NCBI GenBank assembly: GCA_963837955.1
Contig: CAWIPH010000002.1
Coordinates: 3,648,001 to 3,712,000 of the forward strand
DNA from: an uncultured Verrucomicrobiae bacterium
GTDB taxonomy: Bacteria > Verrucomicrobiota > Verrucomicrobiia > Chthoniobacterales > JAFAMB01
DNA: 64,000 nucleotides
Reading direction: 5' to 3'
The notes below the pieces were generated by a model, which worked only from the letters and a program-made list of their open reading frames with translations, had not been told where the DNA came from and did not search any database. Shown here piece after piece: positions 9,070 through 18,262 of this stretch. The position numbers and the translations under genes were made by a program. How positions within the stretch are numbered: the stretch's first letter is position 1; every line of letters begins with the position of its first letter.

Positions 9070-9636
9070 CCCCAACCCTAGCTTCGCAGCATTGGCCTTC
9101 ATAGCGTCCAGGACGAATTGAATGTGTTCGTCGAGAGGAACGCCGAGCTCGGATGCCGCATGCGCGATTTCTTCGCGATTGACCGGAGCCGCGAATCCTT
9201 TGTCTTTCCATTTCTTTTTCACCGACTTCAGTTCGACCTCCGCGAGGAGTTTAGAAGGTCGCACCAGCGTCACAGCTATGATAAAGCCGGTCAATTCGTC
9301 GACGGCAAAGAGCGCTCGTTCAAGTTTCGATTCAGGGCGCCGACCGGTCACTTCCGGGGCGTGCGAAAGGATGGCTTGAACGATCTCTTCATCAACCCCT
9401 CGCTCGCGCAAGAGAGCGGCGCCAACGGACGGATGACCTTCCGCGGAAATATCCGGATACCGTTCGTAATCGAAATCGTGAAGCAACCCGACGACACCCC
9501 ACACCTCCGGGTTCTCAGAAAATCGCGTCGCGTAGGAACGCATGGCGACTTCCACGGCCAGCATGTGCCGCCTGAGCGAATCGTTCGCGGTGTATTCTGT
9601 CACCAGTTTCCAAGCCTCTTCGCGTGTCGGAATCAT
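9067..9636 (-). CDS. HD/HDIG-domain metal-dependent phosphohydrolase
   Basis: RRHMLAVE, GLLHDFDYE, AILSHA, LFAVDELTGF. Start ATG 9636. Confidence 0.88.
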   Translation of the reverse strand: MIPTREEAWKLVTEYTANDSLRRHMLAVEVAMRSYATRFSENPEVWGVVGLLHDFDYERYPDISAEGHPSVGAALLRERGVDEEIVQAILSHAPEVTGRRPESKLERALFAVDELTGFIIAVTLVRPSKLLAEVELKSVKKKWKDKGFAAPVNREEIAHAASELGVPLDEHIQFVLDAMKANAAKLGLG

Positions 9637-9713
9637 AGTACTAAACGCAACTATATCGCCTGAATCCGATGCGTGGAGACGAGAAAATTGCGGGGGGGAA
9701 TGATCCCTGACGA

Positions 9714-9836
9714 CGGAGGGGAGCCGCTTGCGGCTCCCGGGAACTACCCAGGATTCAATACCAGACCAGATCCGCCGGCTCGAGTCCTCGATTCGCGATG
9801 GGTTATTGCCGGGCGTCGCAAGCGACGCGCCCTCCG
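9714..9836. repeat. GGAG-type REP-like doublet
   Basis: CGGAGGGGAGCCGCTTGCGGCTCCCGG ... CCGGGCGTCGCAAGCGACGCGCCCTCCG; similar to 52021-52164. Confidence 0.75.
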
Positions 9837-10034
9837 GGCAATGGGTTACGGCACGCACATCCTGATTTTACGTGACGCCTACCCGAAGCTCACCAGATCG
9901 TGGATTCTACTCTATTTCCGGTTGACCGTTAGCCGATTGCTGTTCACGTTCGCCGAGCTCGGCGTTCTAAAATTCTACAGGGCGACTAAGGACAGTCCCC
10001 GCACAGAATTCTGAATTCCTGAAGCAGTTACTTT

Positions 10035-11132
10035 ATGCAAACAGAAAGTCCGCTAAAGGTTGGGATGATTGGTGCCGGAGTCATCAGTGCCGCGTACTTG
10101 AGAACCAAGTTTCCACAGTTCAAAATCACCTGCTGTTCAGATGTTCAGCATGCCCAGGCCGAATTGCGGGCTCGGGAATTTGGTATTGCTGCGGTCGCTA
10201 CCGAGACAATGCTGGCGGACCCCGCTATAGACATCATTCTCAATCTGACGAATCCGCAGAATCACGCGGAGGTAATTGAAGCCGGGCTGCGAGCGGCGAA
10301 GCATGTATATTCCGAGAAACCGCTTAGTATCTCGACCAAAGAAGCCGAACCTCTTCTCAGAACAGCCGCAGCCAGCAGTCTCCGAATCGGTTGCGCGCCA
10401 GACACCTTCCTGGGTGCGGCGGGGCAAACGGGTCGCAGGCTGCTCGACGAAGGATCGATTGGCGAACCGATCGGCGGAACCGCTTTTTTCATGAGCGGCG
10501 GACCGGAGAGCTGGCATCCGAACCCCGATTTCTTTTACCAGAAGGGAGGCGGTCCGGTTTTTGATATGGGGCCCTACTATCTTACCGCTTTGATCAACCT
10601 GCTGGGGCCGATCAAACGGGTTTGGTCGGCTGGTAGAACTACCCTTCCGCAAAGAACCATCGGGAGCGGACCACGGAAGGGCACATCGATTCCGGTTTCA
10701 GTTCTCAGTTATCAATCTGCTATTCTTGAGTTCCACGGCGGGCCGATCGTGACGTTCGTCGCAAGTTTTGATGTTCCGGCCTACAACCATCCTTACATCG
10801 AAATCTATGGAACCAAAGGCGCCCTCCAACTCCCAGATCCGAATTACTTCGGAGGCGCGGTCCGATTGAGTCAAGACGAAAGGTGGACGGATGTCAGTCC
10901 TAGTCATGGGTTTGGCGATGGAAATTACCGGGGAATCGGTTTAGCCGATCTGGTCGCCGGGCTCCAATCTGGGGTGCCTCATCGAGCTTCGGCAGAACTC
11001 GCGTTTCACGTTCTGGAAGTCATGGAAGCCATTGTCGAGACGGCGGGCAGCGGCGAAGCATATACTACTCGGTCCCGATGTGAGCGGCCGCGCGCCTTGC
11101 GCCCAGTCTCGCATATCCCCGATTTTTCATGA
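10035..11132 (+). CDS. Gfo/Idh/MocA family oxidoreductase
   Basis: IGAGVIS, KHVYSEKP, GCAPDTFLG, WHPNPDFFY, DMGPYY. Confidence 0.92.
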   Translation: MQTESPLKVGMIGAGVISAAYLRTKFPQFKITCCSDVQHAQAELRAREFGIAAVATETMLADPAIDIILNLTNPQNHAEVIEAGLRAAKHVYSEKPLSISTKEAEPLLRTAAASSLRIGCAPDTFLGAAGQTGRRLLDEGSIGEPIGGTAFFMSGGPESWHPNPDFFYQKGGGPVFDMGPYYLTALINLLGPIKRVWSAGRTTLPQRTIGSGPRKGTSIPVSVLSYQSAILEFHGGPIVTFVASFDVPAYNHPYIEIYGTKGALQLPDPNYFGGAVRLSQDERWTDVSPSHGFGDGNYRGIGLADLVAGLQSGVPHRASAELAFHVLEVMEAIVETAGSGEAYTTRSRCERPRALRPVSHIPDFS

Positions 11133-11245
11133 AAGAGCAGTCGGCGTTGCCTCAAGCCTCTGCCGATAAGAGAAATCCGCGATGGCTATAGTGTCCCGCT
11201 CCTTAACCGTATTGCACATGCTTCGGATTGAGTGCACTAGAGGTT

Positions 11246-12010
11246 ATGAAGCTTTCCAAAGTTGCCCTCCAGCTTTACACCCTTCGCGATTTCTGTGACA
11301 GCCCAAAAGGCCTGGCGGCGACTTTGAAGAAGGTCAAAGCGATCGGCTATGATGCCGTCGAATTTATTCGCTTGGACTTCGCTTCCAATCGAGATCTACG
11401 GAGGCTGGCTGACGATCATGGGTTAGCAATCACCTCGATTCACGAATCGGAGGACCGATTGCTCAACCATCCACAAGCAGTTGTCGAAGAGCTGGCAGAA
11501 TTAGGGACAGACCTCGCAGTATATCCGTTTCCGGCGGGAGTCGATTTTCGAAAAGGCCCGGAGGTCGATCGGCTGGCCCAACAGCTTCAACATAGCTCAG
11601 AGATCTTTGCATCGGCCGGTAAACGTCTGGCTTACCACAATCATGCCCTCGAATTCGCAAAGCACGCTGGGAAACTCGTCCTGGAGTACATCTTCACCAG
11701 TGCCCCAAAGCTCTTTGCTGAACTCGATACGTATTGGATCCAGTTCGGCGGGGGTGATCCGGAGCGCTGGATTACGAGACTGAAAGGCAGGCTGCCGTTG
11801 ATTCATTTAAAAGATTACAAATTCAATCCACAAAAGAACGTCCCGGAGATGGCCGAGGTCGGTCGCGGTAACCTCGACTTCCCGGCAATCATCGAAGCGG
11901 GGCAAGCCGCTGGTTGCGAGTGGTTTGTTGTTGAACAGGATTTTTGCGAAGGCGATCCCTTTGAAGCGATCCAAGTCAGCTTGGAGTACTTGAAGGGAAA
12001 TAATTCGTAG
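11246..12010 (+). CDS. Sugar phosphate isomerase/epimerase (TIM barrel, AP endonuclease 2 family)
   Basis: LQLYTLR, YHNHALEF, ELDTYW, HLKD, EVGRG, VVEQD. Confidence 0.9.
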   Translation: MKLSKVALQLYTLRDFCDSPKGLAATLKKVKAIGYDAVEFIRLDFASNRDLRRLADDHGLAITSIHESEDRLLNHPQAVVEELAELGTDLAVYPFPAGVDFRKGPEVDRLAQQLQHSSEIFASAGKRLAYHNHALEFAKHAGKLVLEYIFTSAPKLFAELDTYWIQFGGGDPERWITRLKGRLPLIHLKDYKFNPQKNVPEMAEVGRGNLDFPAIIEAGQAAGCEWFVVEQDFCEGDPFEAIQVSLEYLKGNNS

Positions 12011-12078
12011 GGCGATCGGCGAGAGACACGGTAGCGGTCCCGCTCTCGCGTATGCGCGCCATACATAAGGCATAGAAG

Positions 12079-12344
12079 TATGCGCAGAAGATTCGTCCCG
12101 GAGGGGACTCAATGAAAGTAGAAGCCCAGTACGAAGTGCTGGGAAATAGTGCAAAAGGCGATGTCCGTCCCGCCAGAGGACGATAGAAATGTTTTGGCTC
12201 CAGATCCTCCTGTATGCGGCTTCACCAGCGTAAACAACCGCTCGATCGTCCCGCCCGTGACGGGTCGTTTTTTGGGAACGCCACCCAGCACTTCGTGCTG
12301 GGCTACTTTCATTGAGTCCCTCCGGGACGAATCTTCTGCGCATA
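12079..12344. repeat. Family B MITE/REPIN-like palindromic element, inside GTAG-type arms at 12007 and 12451-12480
   Basis: Long terminal IR TATGCGCAGAAGATTCGTCCCGGAGGG ... CCCTCCGGGACGAATCTTCTGCGCATA. Core is the approximate reverse complement of 15910-16138. Confidence 0.88.
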
Positions 12345-12643
12345 TCCTTAGCGAAGGAGGAAGCGCAGCGACGGTGGCACATCATTGAGCGACAGCGACA
12401 TGGACGTTTGAGCCGAACCGAGGGCGAGCCATAACGCAACGGCTCACAGCCCCGCGGCCGCGGGACTGTTTCGCCCTACCCGCGTTGAGTGGGATATATC
12501 CTTCATTGCCGCCTCTCGCACCGTTTTGATGGACATTGAATTGCCCTTGCTTTCGGCTTAGAAAAAGCCGACTCAGTTGCGTTTTCCGATAGCTCTGTAG
12601 CATGGAACGGCTGCAGGACGGAAAACAAAGCTAATCCCCCACA

Positions 12644-13909
12644 ATGATGAAAAAAAGAATCGTTTCTTGGTTCACAATATTTGCGGCTTTTACTGCGGCC
12701 GCGTCGGCCCAAACAGTAATTAAAGTCCTTCACATCCAACCTCTCCAGCCCATTCGTGATATCTGGAGATCAGCTGCGGACGACTACGAAAAGAGCCATT
12801 CCGGCGTCAAAGTTCAATTTGACTACCTCGAGAACGAGGCCTTCAAAGCGAAATTGCCGACGCTTCTCCAATCAAATGACCGGCCAAGCGTCTTCCACAG
12901 CTGGGGCGGCGGAGTGATGAAGGAACAGGTCCAATCGGATGTCTGTCAGGACATCACCAGTCGCATCACCGGCGAGTTTAAAGACTCGTTCTATCCAGCA
13001 GGAATTCAGAATTTCACCGTTGACGGCAAGTTGTACGGATTGCCCAACGATGTGGCGCCGATCGTCTTCTGGTATAACAAGGAGCTTTGTCAAAAGGCGG
13101 GGGTTGATCCCACCAAGATCAAGGATTGGGATGACTTTTTAGAAGCGGTGAAGAAAATAAAAGCAGCTGGGATTACACCCATCGCTGTCGGCGGCGGCGA
13201 CAAATGGCCTCTGCACTTTTATCCCACCTTCTTGATGATGCGAGTAATGGGCAAGAGCGGTCTGGAAGGGGCTGTCAGCAAGGACAGCAAAGAGGGTCTG
13301 GCCACTGCGGATGTGCTGAAAGCCTGGAAAATGTACAAGGATCTTTGCGATTTACAGCCGTTCCAAAACGGTTACCAAACAGCGAAATTTCAAGACGCAG
13401 GCGGGCTGTTCCATGATGGCAAAGCGGCGTTTCACTTGATGGGGACTTGGGATTTGACCGAAGGCCGCTCGAATTCCGCAACAAAAAAGGGCCTGTCTAA
13501 CGATCAGATGGGTTGGATCTTTTTTCCGGCTGTCAAAGATGGAAAAGGCAAAGCCAACGATATCTTTGCCAGCGTCGATGGATGGCTGGTAACTAAGCAA
13601 GCACCGAAAGAGACGGTTGATTTCTTCAAAGTTTGGCTTGGTAAAGAGACCCAAACGAAGCTGGCCGCAGCCGGCTTATTCATTCCCATGGTGAAGGGCA
13701 CGGCCGCCGCGATTCAGGATCCGTTTCTTCGCGCGATCGCTCAGGAAGCCGAAAAGACCGACTGGATAGCCATCGCGATGGACCAGTTTCTTGGGCCTGA
13801 CACCGGTCGCGTGTTCAATGACCAGGCGGCAGCGATTGCCGGGGGAGGCGCTACTCCCGAGCAAGCCGTCAAAGCTATCCAGGATTCTTGGTCACAGAAC
13901 AAAATGTAA
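12644..13909 (+). CDS. Sugar ABC transporter substrate-binding protein (CUT1)
   Basis: Signal peptide; FHSWGGG, YGLP, WYNKEL, GITPIAVGG. Confidence 0.9.
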   Translation: MMKKRIVSWFTIFAAFTAAASAQTVIKVLHIQPLQPIRDIWRSAADDYEKSHSGVKVQFDYLENEAFKAKLPTLLQSNDRPSVFHSWGGGVMKEQVQSDVCQDITSRITGEFKDSFYPAGIQNFTVDGKLYGLPNDVAPIVFWYNKELCQKAGVDPTKIKDWDDFLEAVKKIKAAGITPIAVGGGDKWPLHFYPTFLMMRVMGKSGLEGAVSKDSKEGLATADVLKAWKMYKDLCDLQPFQNGYQTAKFQDAGGLFHDGKAAFHLMGTWDLTEGRSNSATKKGLSNDQMGWIFFPAVKDGKGKANDIFASVDGWLVTKQAPKETVDFFKVWLGKETQTKLAAAGLFIPMVKGTAAAIQDPFLRAIAQEAEKTDWIAIAMDQFLGPDTGRVFNDQAAAIAGGGATPEQAVKAIQDSWSQNKM

Positions 13910-13915
13910 GTCGAG

Positions 13916-13947
13916 CGGTAGGGACGCGCGGGAGCGCGTCCCTACCG
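13916..13947 (+). repeat. Perfect 14-bp GTAG-type hairpin with a GGGA loop
   Basis: CGGTAGGGACGCGC-GGGA-GCGCGTCCCTACCG, 6 nt after the SBP stop codon; no U-tract. Confidence 0.85.
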
Positions 13948-13989
13948 TGTAAATATTTAGTGCACTGAATCCTTGCACGAAGAAGGGAC

Positions 13990-14958
13990 ATGAAGGCAAG
14001 AGTCGGTTCAGCTCCGAGCGTGTCGCCCCAACGACCAGCGCTTAGGCGAAAAATTTCGCCATTCTGGATCAAGCTCGGCCGGACATTGCGCACCGGACCT
14101 TGGCCGACTCTCTTCCTCTTCTTGCCTCCTGCCCTGCTGATTTTCACTTTGTTCGTTGTTCTGCCGGTATCGCAGTCGGCTTACTACGGCTTTTTCAATT
14201 GGAACGGGTACGGAGCGCCCCACAATTGGGCAGGGTTTTCGAACTTCGAGCGAGCTTTCAACGATCCTATCCTGCGAAACTCGCTGGTCAACAATCTGCT
14301 GGTCGTTGCCGTATCCGCAGGAATCCAGATTCCGATCGCATTGTCGCTGGCCCTGCTAGTCTCCGACACAAGGCGTAGTAATCTGGTATTTCGCGCCATC
14401 TTTTTCATTCCGTATATTTTGGCCGAGGTCGTCGTCGGCCTGATCTGGAAATACCTTTACAATGGAGAGTACGGGTTAGTAGCAACAATTTGCCATTGGT
14501 TTGGCTGGCGGGCGCCCTTTGTATTAGCGCTGCCCGGTTGGGCAATGGCCGCGCTGCTGCTGGTAGTCGTTTGGAAATATATCGGTTTTCATCTCGCGCT
14601 GTTTATCGCCGGCCGGCAAAACGTGCCCAATGACGTGATTGAGTCCGCTCGTATCGATGGAGCTAATCGCTGGCAAGTAACTCGCCACATCATACTTCCC
14701 ATGATGAAACCGGTTATCCTGCTCTCCTTGTTCTTCAGCGTTCTTGGCTCCTTCCAGCTCTTTGACTTGATCATACCGCTCACCGGTGGCGACCCGCTCA
14801 ATTCGACCCACTCGATGGTGTCATACCTCTACACGTTCGGCATCAAAAGCATGCGCCTCGGTTATGGCAGCGCCGTTGCGCTCATTCTCTTCGTTATCTG
14901 CGTGGTGGTAATGGCTTTGTACAAGCGATTCTTGCTGCGCGAAGATCGAGCAAATTAA
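13990..14958 (+). CDS. Sugar ABC transporter permease
   Basis: Multiple TM helices; EAA motif ESARIDGANRWQ. Confidence 0.9.
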   Translation: MKARVGSAPSVSPQRPALRRKISPFWIKLGRTLRTGPWPTLFLFLPPALLIFTLFVVLPVSQSAYYGFFNWNGYGAPHNWAGFSNFERAFNDPILRNSLVNNLLVVAVSAGIQIPIALSLALLVSDTRRSNLVFRAIFFIPYILAEVVVGLIWKYLYNGEYGLVATICHWFGWRAPFVLALPGWAMAALLLVVVWKYIGFHLALFIAGRQNVPNDVIESARIDGANRWQVTRHIILPMMKPVILLSLFFSVLGSFQLFDLIIPLTGGDPLNSTHSMVSYLYTFGIKSMRLGYGSAVALILFVICVVVMALYKRFLLREDRAN

Positions 14959-14962
14959 CCCT

Positions 14963-15793
14963 ATGCGACCTCGAATCCCATTGTTCGCCTATTACCGATG
15001 GTTATTGCTTTTCCTTGCGGCCGGCTTGTGCCTGCTTCCGATTTGGGCCGCCGTCATCGGCGGTTTTAAGAGCTCCGGGGAGCTGCGTACCAACGCGCTT
15101 GGACTTCCTCGAGTGTGGATGACGGACAACTACACCTCGATTCTTTTGTCGGCGCGGTTCTGGCAAATCCTAGGCAACTCCGCCTTCATCGCATTCTTTA
15201 CGGTCTTGTTCACCGTCCTGGTTAGTTCGATGGCTGCCTTTACGCTGGCCCATCTGCGATTTGCCGGCAAAAGATGGATTGCAAGTTATTTGACGCTCGG
15301 TTTGACTTTCCCTTTCGCGACCGCCGTTCTACCCGTCTTTATTCGGGTCCGAGACCTGGGACTTCTTGATACCCATTGGGGTGTGATTCTTCCCCAGGTT
15401 GCGTTTAACTTGAGCTTTAGCATCGTCTTGTTGCGTGGGTTCTTTCAAGAGTTACCCAAAGAGCTGTTTGAGGCCGCCCTCATGGACGGCTGCAGCTATC
15501 TGAAGATGTTCTGGCGGATTACGCTGCCACTCTCTCGGCCGATCCTCGCGACCGTCGCCGTTCTGGCGTTAGTTGGCAGTTGGAACAATTTCCTTTTGCC
15601 GCTCGTTACCATCAATTCGGACGCCCTTTATTCCTGGCCGTTGGGAATTATGCAATTTCAAGGACAGTATAGTACGGATTGGGGACGGGTTTTGGCGTTT
15701 GTCACTTTGACCATGATCCCAGCTATTGTGTTCTATCTGGCAGCCCAAAAGCATATTATCGCGGGACTGACTGCGGGAGCGGTGAAGGGGTGA
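14963..15793 (+). CDS. Sugar ABC transporter permease
   Basis: ELFEAALMDGC, WNNFLLPL, GLTAGAVKG. Confidence 0.9.
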   Translation: MRPRIPLFAYYRWLLLFLAAGLCLLPIWAAVIGGFKSSGELRTNALGLPRVWMTDNYTSILLSARFWQILGNSAFIAFFTVLFTVLVSSMAAFTLAHLRFAGKRWIASYLTLGLTFPFATAVLPVFIRVRDLGLLDTHWGVILPQVAFNLSFSIVLLRGFFQELPKELFEAALMDGCSYLKMFWRITLPLSRPILATVAVLALVGSWNNFLLPLVTINSDALYSWPLGIMQFQGQYSTDWGRVLAFVTLTMIPAIVFYLAAQKHIIAGLTAGAVKG

Positions 15794-15814
15794 AGGGGTG
15801 ATGGAGTGCTGAGC

Positions 15815-15877
15815 GTGACTGGTGATTGGTGATTGGTGATTGGTGGTTGGTAAGCAGTAAGCAGTAAGCAGTAAGCG
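15815..15877 (+). repeat. Heptamer tandem array, 9 units
   Basis: GTGACTG (GTGATTG)3 GTGGTTG (GTAAGCA)3 GTAAGCG. Confidence 0.9.
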
Positions 15878-15909
15878 TGCTGGGTGGTGTGTAGATAGAT
15901 AGACGGGTC

Positions 15910-16138
15910 CGTCCCGACAGGGACGCAATGAAAGTAGCCCAGTACGAAGTGCTGGGTTAGCGTTTAAAAAAAAGACCCGTCCCGGACGGGACGATCGAGG
16001 GTTGCTTACGCTAGTGAAGCCGCATACGAGAGGACCAGGAGCCAAGACACTTCTATCGTCCCTGCCGGGACGGGCGTCTTTTTTTGCATATTTCCCAGCA
16101 CTTCGTACTGGGCTACTTTCATTAAGTCCCTCCGGGAC
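15910..16138. repeat. Family B palindromic element
   Basis: CGTCCCGACAGGGAC..AATGAAAGTAGCCCAGTACGAAGTGCTGGG ... CCCAGCACTTCGTACTGGGCTACTTTCATT..GTCCCTCCGGGAC. Confidence 0.88.
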
Positions 16139-16230
16139 CAATCCTCTTCGCGTACTTCTAAGCATTATGTTGATCGCGCATGCGCGGCCGCGAGACTGGG
16201 CTACTTTCACTGCGTCCCGAGGGGATCCCT

Positions 16231-17211
16231 TCAGATTTCGCCAATGCGGATGCAGGCCGCAAAGCGGCTCGGTTCCTTTTCGACCAAATCCGGAACCTCC
16301 AGTTTGCATTTTTCTACAGCGAAAGGACAGCGCGGATGGAAACTGCAGCCAACCGGCAGGTCGATTGGTGACGGTGGGTCGCCCTGCAGGATGATTCGCT
16401 GCCGTCGACGTTCTCGCACCGGATCCGGGATCGGTACCGCGCTGACCAACGCTCGAGTGTAAGGATGCAGCGGCCGGTCGACCACATCCAAAGCGGAACC
16501 GATCTCGACCAGCTTGCCCAGATACATCACGGCTATTCGATCCGAGATATATTTCACCACTGAAATATCGTGAGAAATGAAAATCAGCGTAAGCTCCATC
16601 TCCCGACACAGTTTGAGAATGAGGTTAAGGATCTGTGACTGGATGGATACATCGAGCGCGGAGACAGGTTCATCGGCAATGATTAATTTGGGCTGAGGAG
16701 CCAATGCTCGAGCGATTGCTATGCGCTGTCGCTGACCGCCAGAAAACTCGTGCGGGTAACGCATCATTTGATTGGGTGGCAGCCCAACCTGGCGCATCAA
16801 TTCACCGACCTTGTGAACGAGTGCTTTGCCCCGCAGTTTTACTCGGGTTTGCAACGCTTCACCTAAAGTGTCGAATACCGTCATGCGCGGATTCAAAGAA
16901 GCGTATGGATCTTGAAAGATCATCTGGAAGTTCACCCGTGACCTTCGGATTTCGGCCGAGCTGAGATCCGACAGCTTCTTTCCTTCCAACCGGACTTCTC
17001 CCCCAGTGCAACGAATCAACTGCATGACTGTTCGGGCCAGCGAAGATTTTCCGCATCCGGATTCCCCTACGAGTCCAAGAATCTCACCTTTCCTTAAGCT
17101 CAACGAGATTCCATCCACCGCTCGGACCGATGCGATCTTGCGTCGAACAAGGAGTCCGCGATAGATCGGGAAATGCGTCTTTAACGATTTCAGTTCAAGA
17201 AATGCATTCAT
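16231..17211 (-). CDS. oppF: Oligopeptide ABC transporter ATP-binding protein
   Basis: GESGCGKS, FSGGQRQR, ADEPVSALD, C-terminal GCSFHPRC. Confidence 0.9.
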   Translation of the reverse strand: MNAFLELKSLKTHFPIYRGLLVRRKIASVRAVDGISLSLRKGEILGLVGESGCGKSSLARTVMQLIRCTGGEVRLEGKKLSDLSSAEIRRSRVNFQMIFQDPYASLNPRMTVFDTLGEALQTRVKLRGKALVHKVGELMRQVGLPPNQMMRYPHEFSGGQRQRIAIARALAPQPKLIIADEPVSALDVSIQSQILNLILKLCREMELTLIFISHDISVVKYISDRIAVMYLGKLVEIGSALDVVDRPLHPYTRALVSAVPIPDPVRERRRQRIILQGDPPSPIDLPVGCSFHPRCPFAVEKCKLEVPDLVEKEPSRFAACIRIGEI

Positions 17212-18215
17212 ACGACGGCTTGAGCCTTCAATCGCAAATCACCAAGTTCACCACGCAAAACCCTTTGACAAGAAGTGCTATGTCCCGGCACCGGCTCTTC
17301 CAAAACAGTCTCGGTAGTTTGACAAACCTCGTTGGCAAAAGCACAACGCGGAACAAAAGGGCATCCCTTGATCTCACGCGAGAGATCCGGGGGCGCGCCC
17401 GGTATCGTGAATAGCGGCTCTCCCTTGCGATGCAAAGCGGGAATCGACTGTTGCAGCGAGGCGTTATAGGGATGGAGGGGCAAAGCAAACAGGTCCTCGG
17501 TCCGAGCCGACTCGACGATCCGACCGGCGTACATCACATTGACGTTTTGGCAGAAAGAAGCCACCACACCTAGATCGTGAGTAATGAAGACGACAGCCAT
17601 GCCGAGATTCTTCTGGCTTTGCCGAATCAACTCCAGAATCTGGGCCTGAACCGTAACGTCGAGTGCTGTGGTCGGCTCGTCGGCGATGAGGATCTCCGGA
17701 CGGCTAATCAAGGCCATCGCAATCATCACTCGCTGCCGCATCCCTCCAGAGAATTGGTGTGGATAGAGTTGAATCCGGCGGGCGGCATCTCGAATTCCAA
17801 CCTCTTCCAATGCGGCGATTGCCTTGAGCAGGGCTCGGCGCCGGGTCAATTTCTCATGGACTAACAGCGGTTCCATGATTTGGTCAGCGACCCGGAGATA
17901 CGGATTGAGCGAGGTCATCGGATCTTGAAAGATCATGGAGATCCGCTTGCCGCGTATTCGACGAAGCTGTTCGCCCGAGCAACGCAAAAGGTCGGTTCCA
18001 CTAAACCGGGCCGTCCCCGATTCGATCCGGCCCGGCGGTTGCGGGATTAATCCGAGAATGGAATAACAACTTACCGATTTACCGGAGCCTGATTCGCCAA
18101 CGATGCCCAAGGTCTCGCCTTCTCGAAGGGAGAAGGAAACGCCATCGACCGCTCGGACGATTCCGGCGCGAGTGTGAAAGTAGGTCCGCAGATTTTCAAC
18201 CTCAAGCAATGGCAT
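17208..18215 (-). CDS. oppD: Oligopeptide ABC transporter ATP-binding protein
   Basis: [25 protein letters not shown]. Confidence 0.9.
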   Translation of the reverse strand: MPLLEVENLRTYFHTRAGIVRAVDGVSFSLREGETLGIVGESGSGKSVSCYSILGLIPQPPGRIESGTARFSGTDLLRCSGEQLRRIRGKRISMIFQDPMTSLNPYLRVADQIMEPLLVHEKLTRRRALLKAIAALEEVGIRDAARRIQLYPHQFSGGMRQRVMIAMALISRPEILIADEPTTALDVTVQAQILELIRQSQKNLGMAVVFITHDLGVVASFCQNVNVMYAGRIVESARTEDLFALPLHPYNASLQQSIPALHRKGEPLFTIPGAPPDLSREIKGCPFVPRCAFANEVCQTTETVLEEPVPGHSTSCQRVLRGELGDLRLKAQAVV

Positions 18216-18262
18216 AAGAGAATTGGGTCCTCGTTGTTTCCCTCAATCGGTCAATGTCGGCT

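Noticed and set aside
9637..9858. N-terminal extension of the HD protein and the ORF at 9673-10014
   Set aside because: Both cross a GGAG palindromic repeat; family similarity begins at MIPTREEAW.
11807..12439. 210-aa ORF and similar short ORFs at 2943, 12109 and 16002 sharing FPALRTGLLS-like words
   Set aside because: The similarity comes from translating the family B repeat; there is no HUH/Tyr transposase motif.
15569..16609. 346-aa minus-strand ORF
   Set aside because: Runs through heptamer arrays and a family B palindrome and overlaps oppF and a permease; not protein-like.
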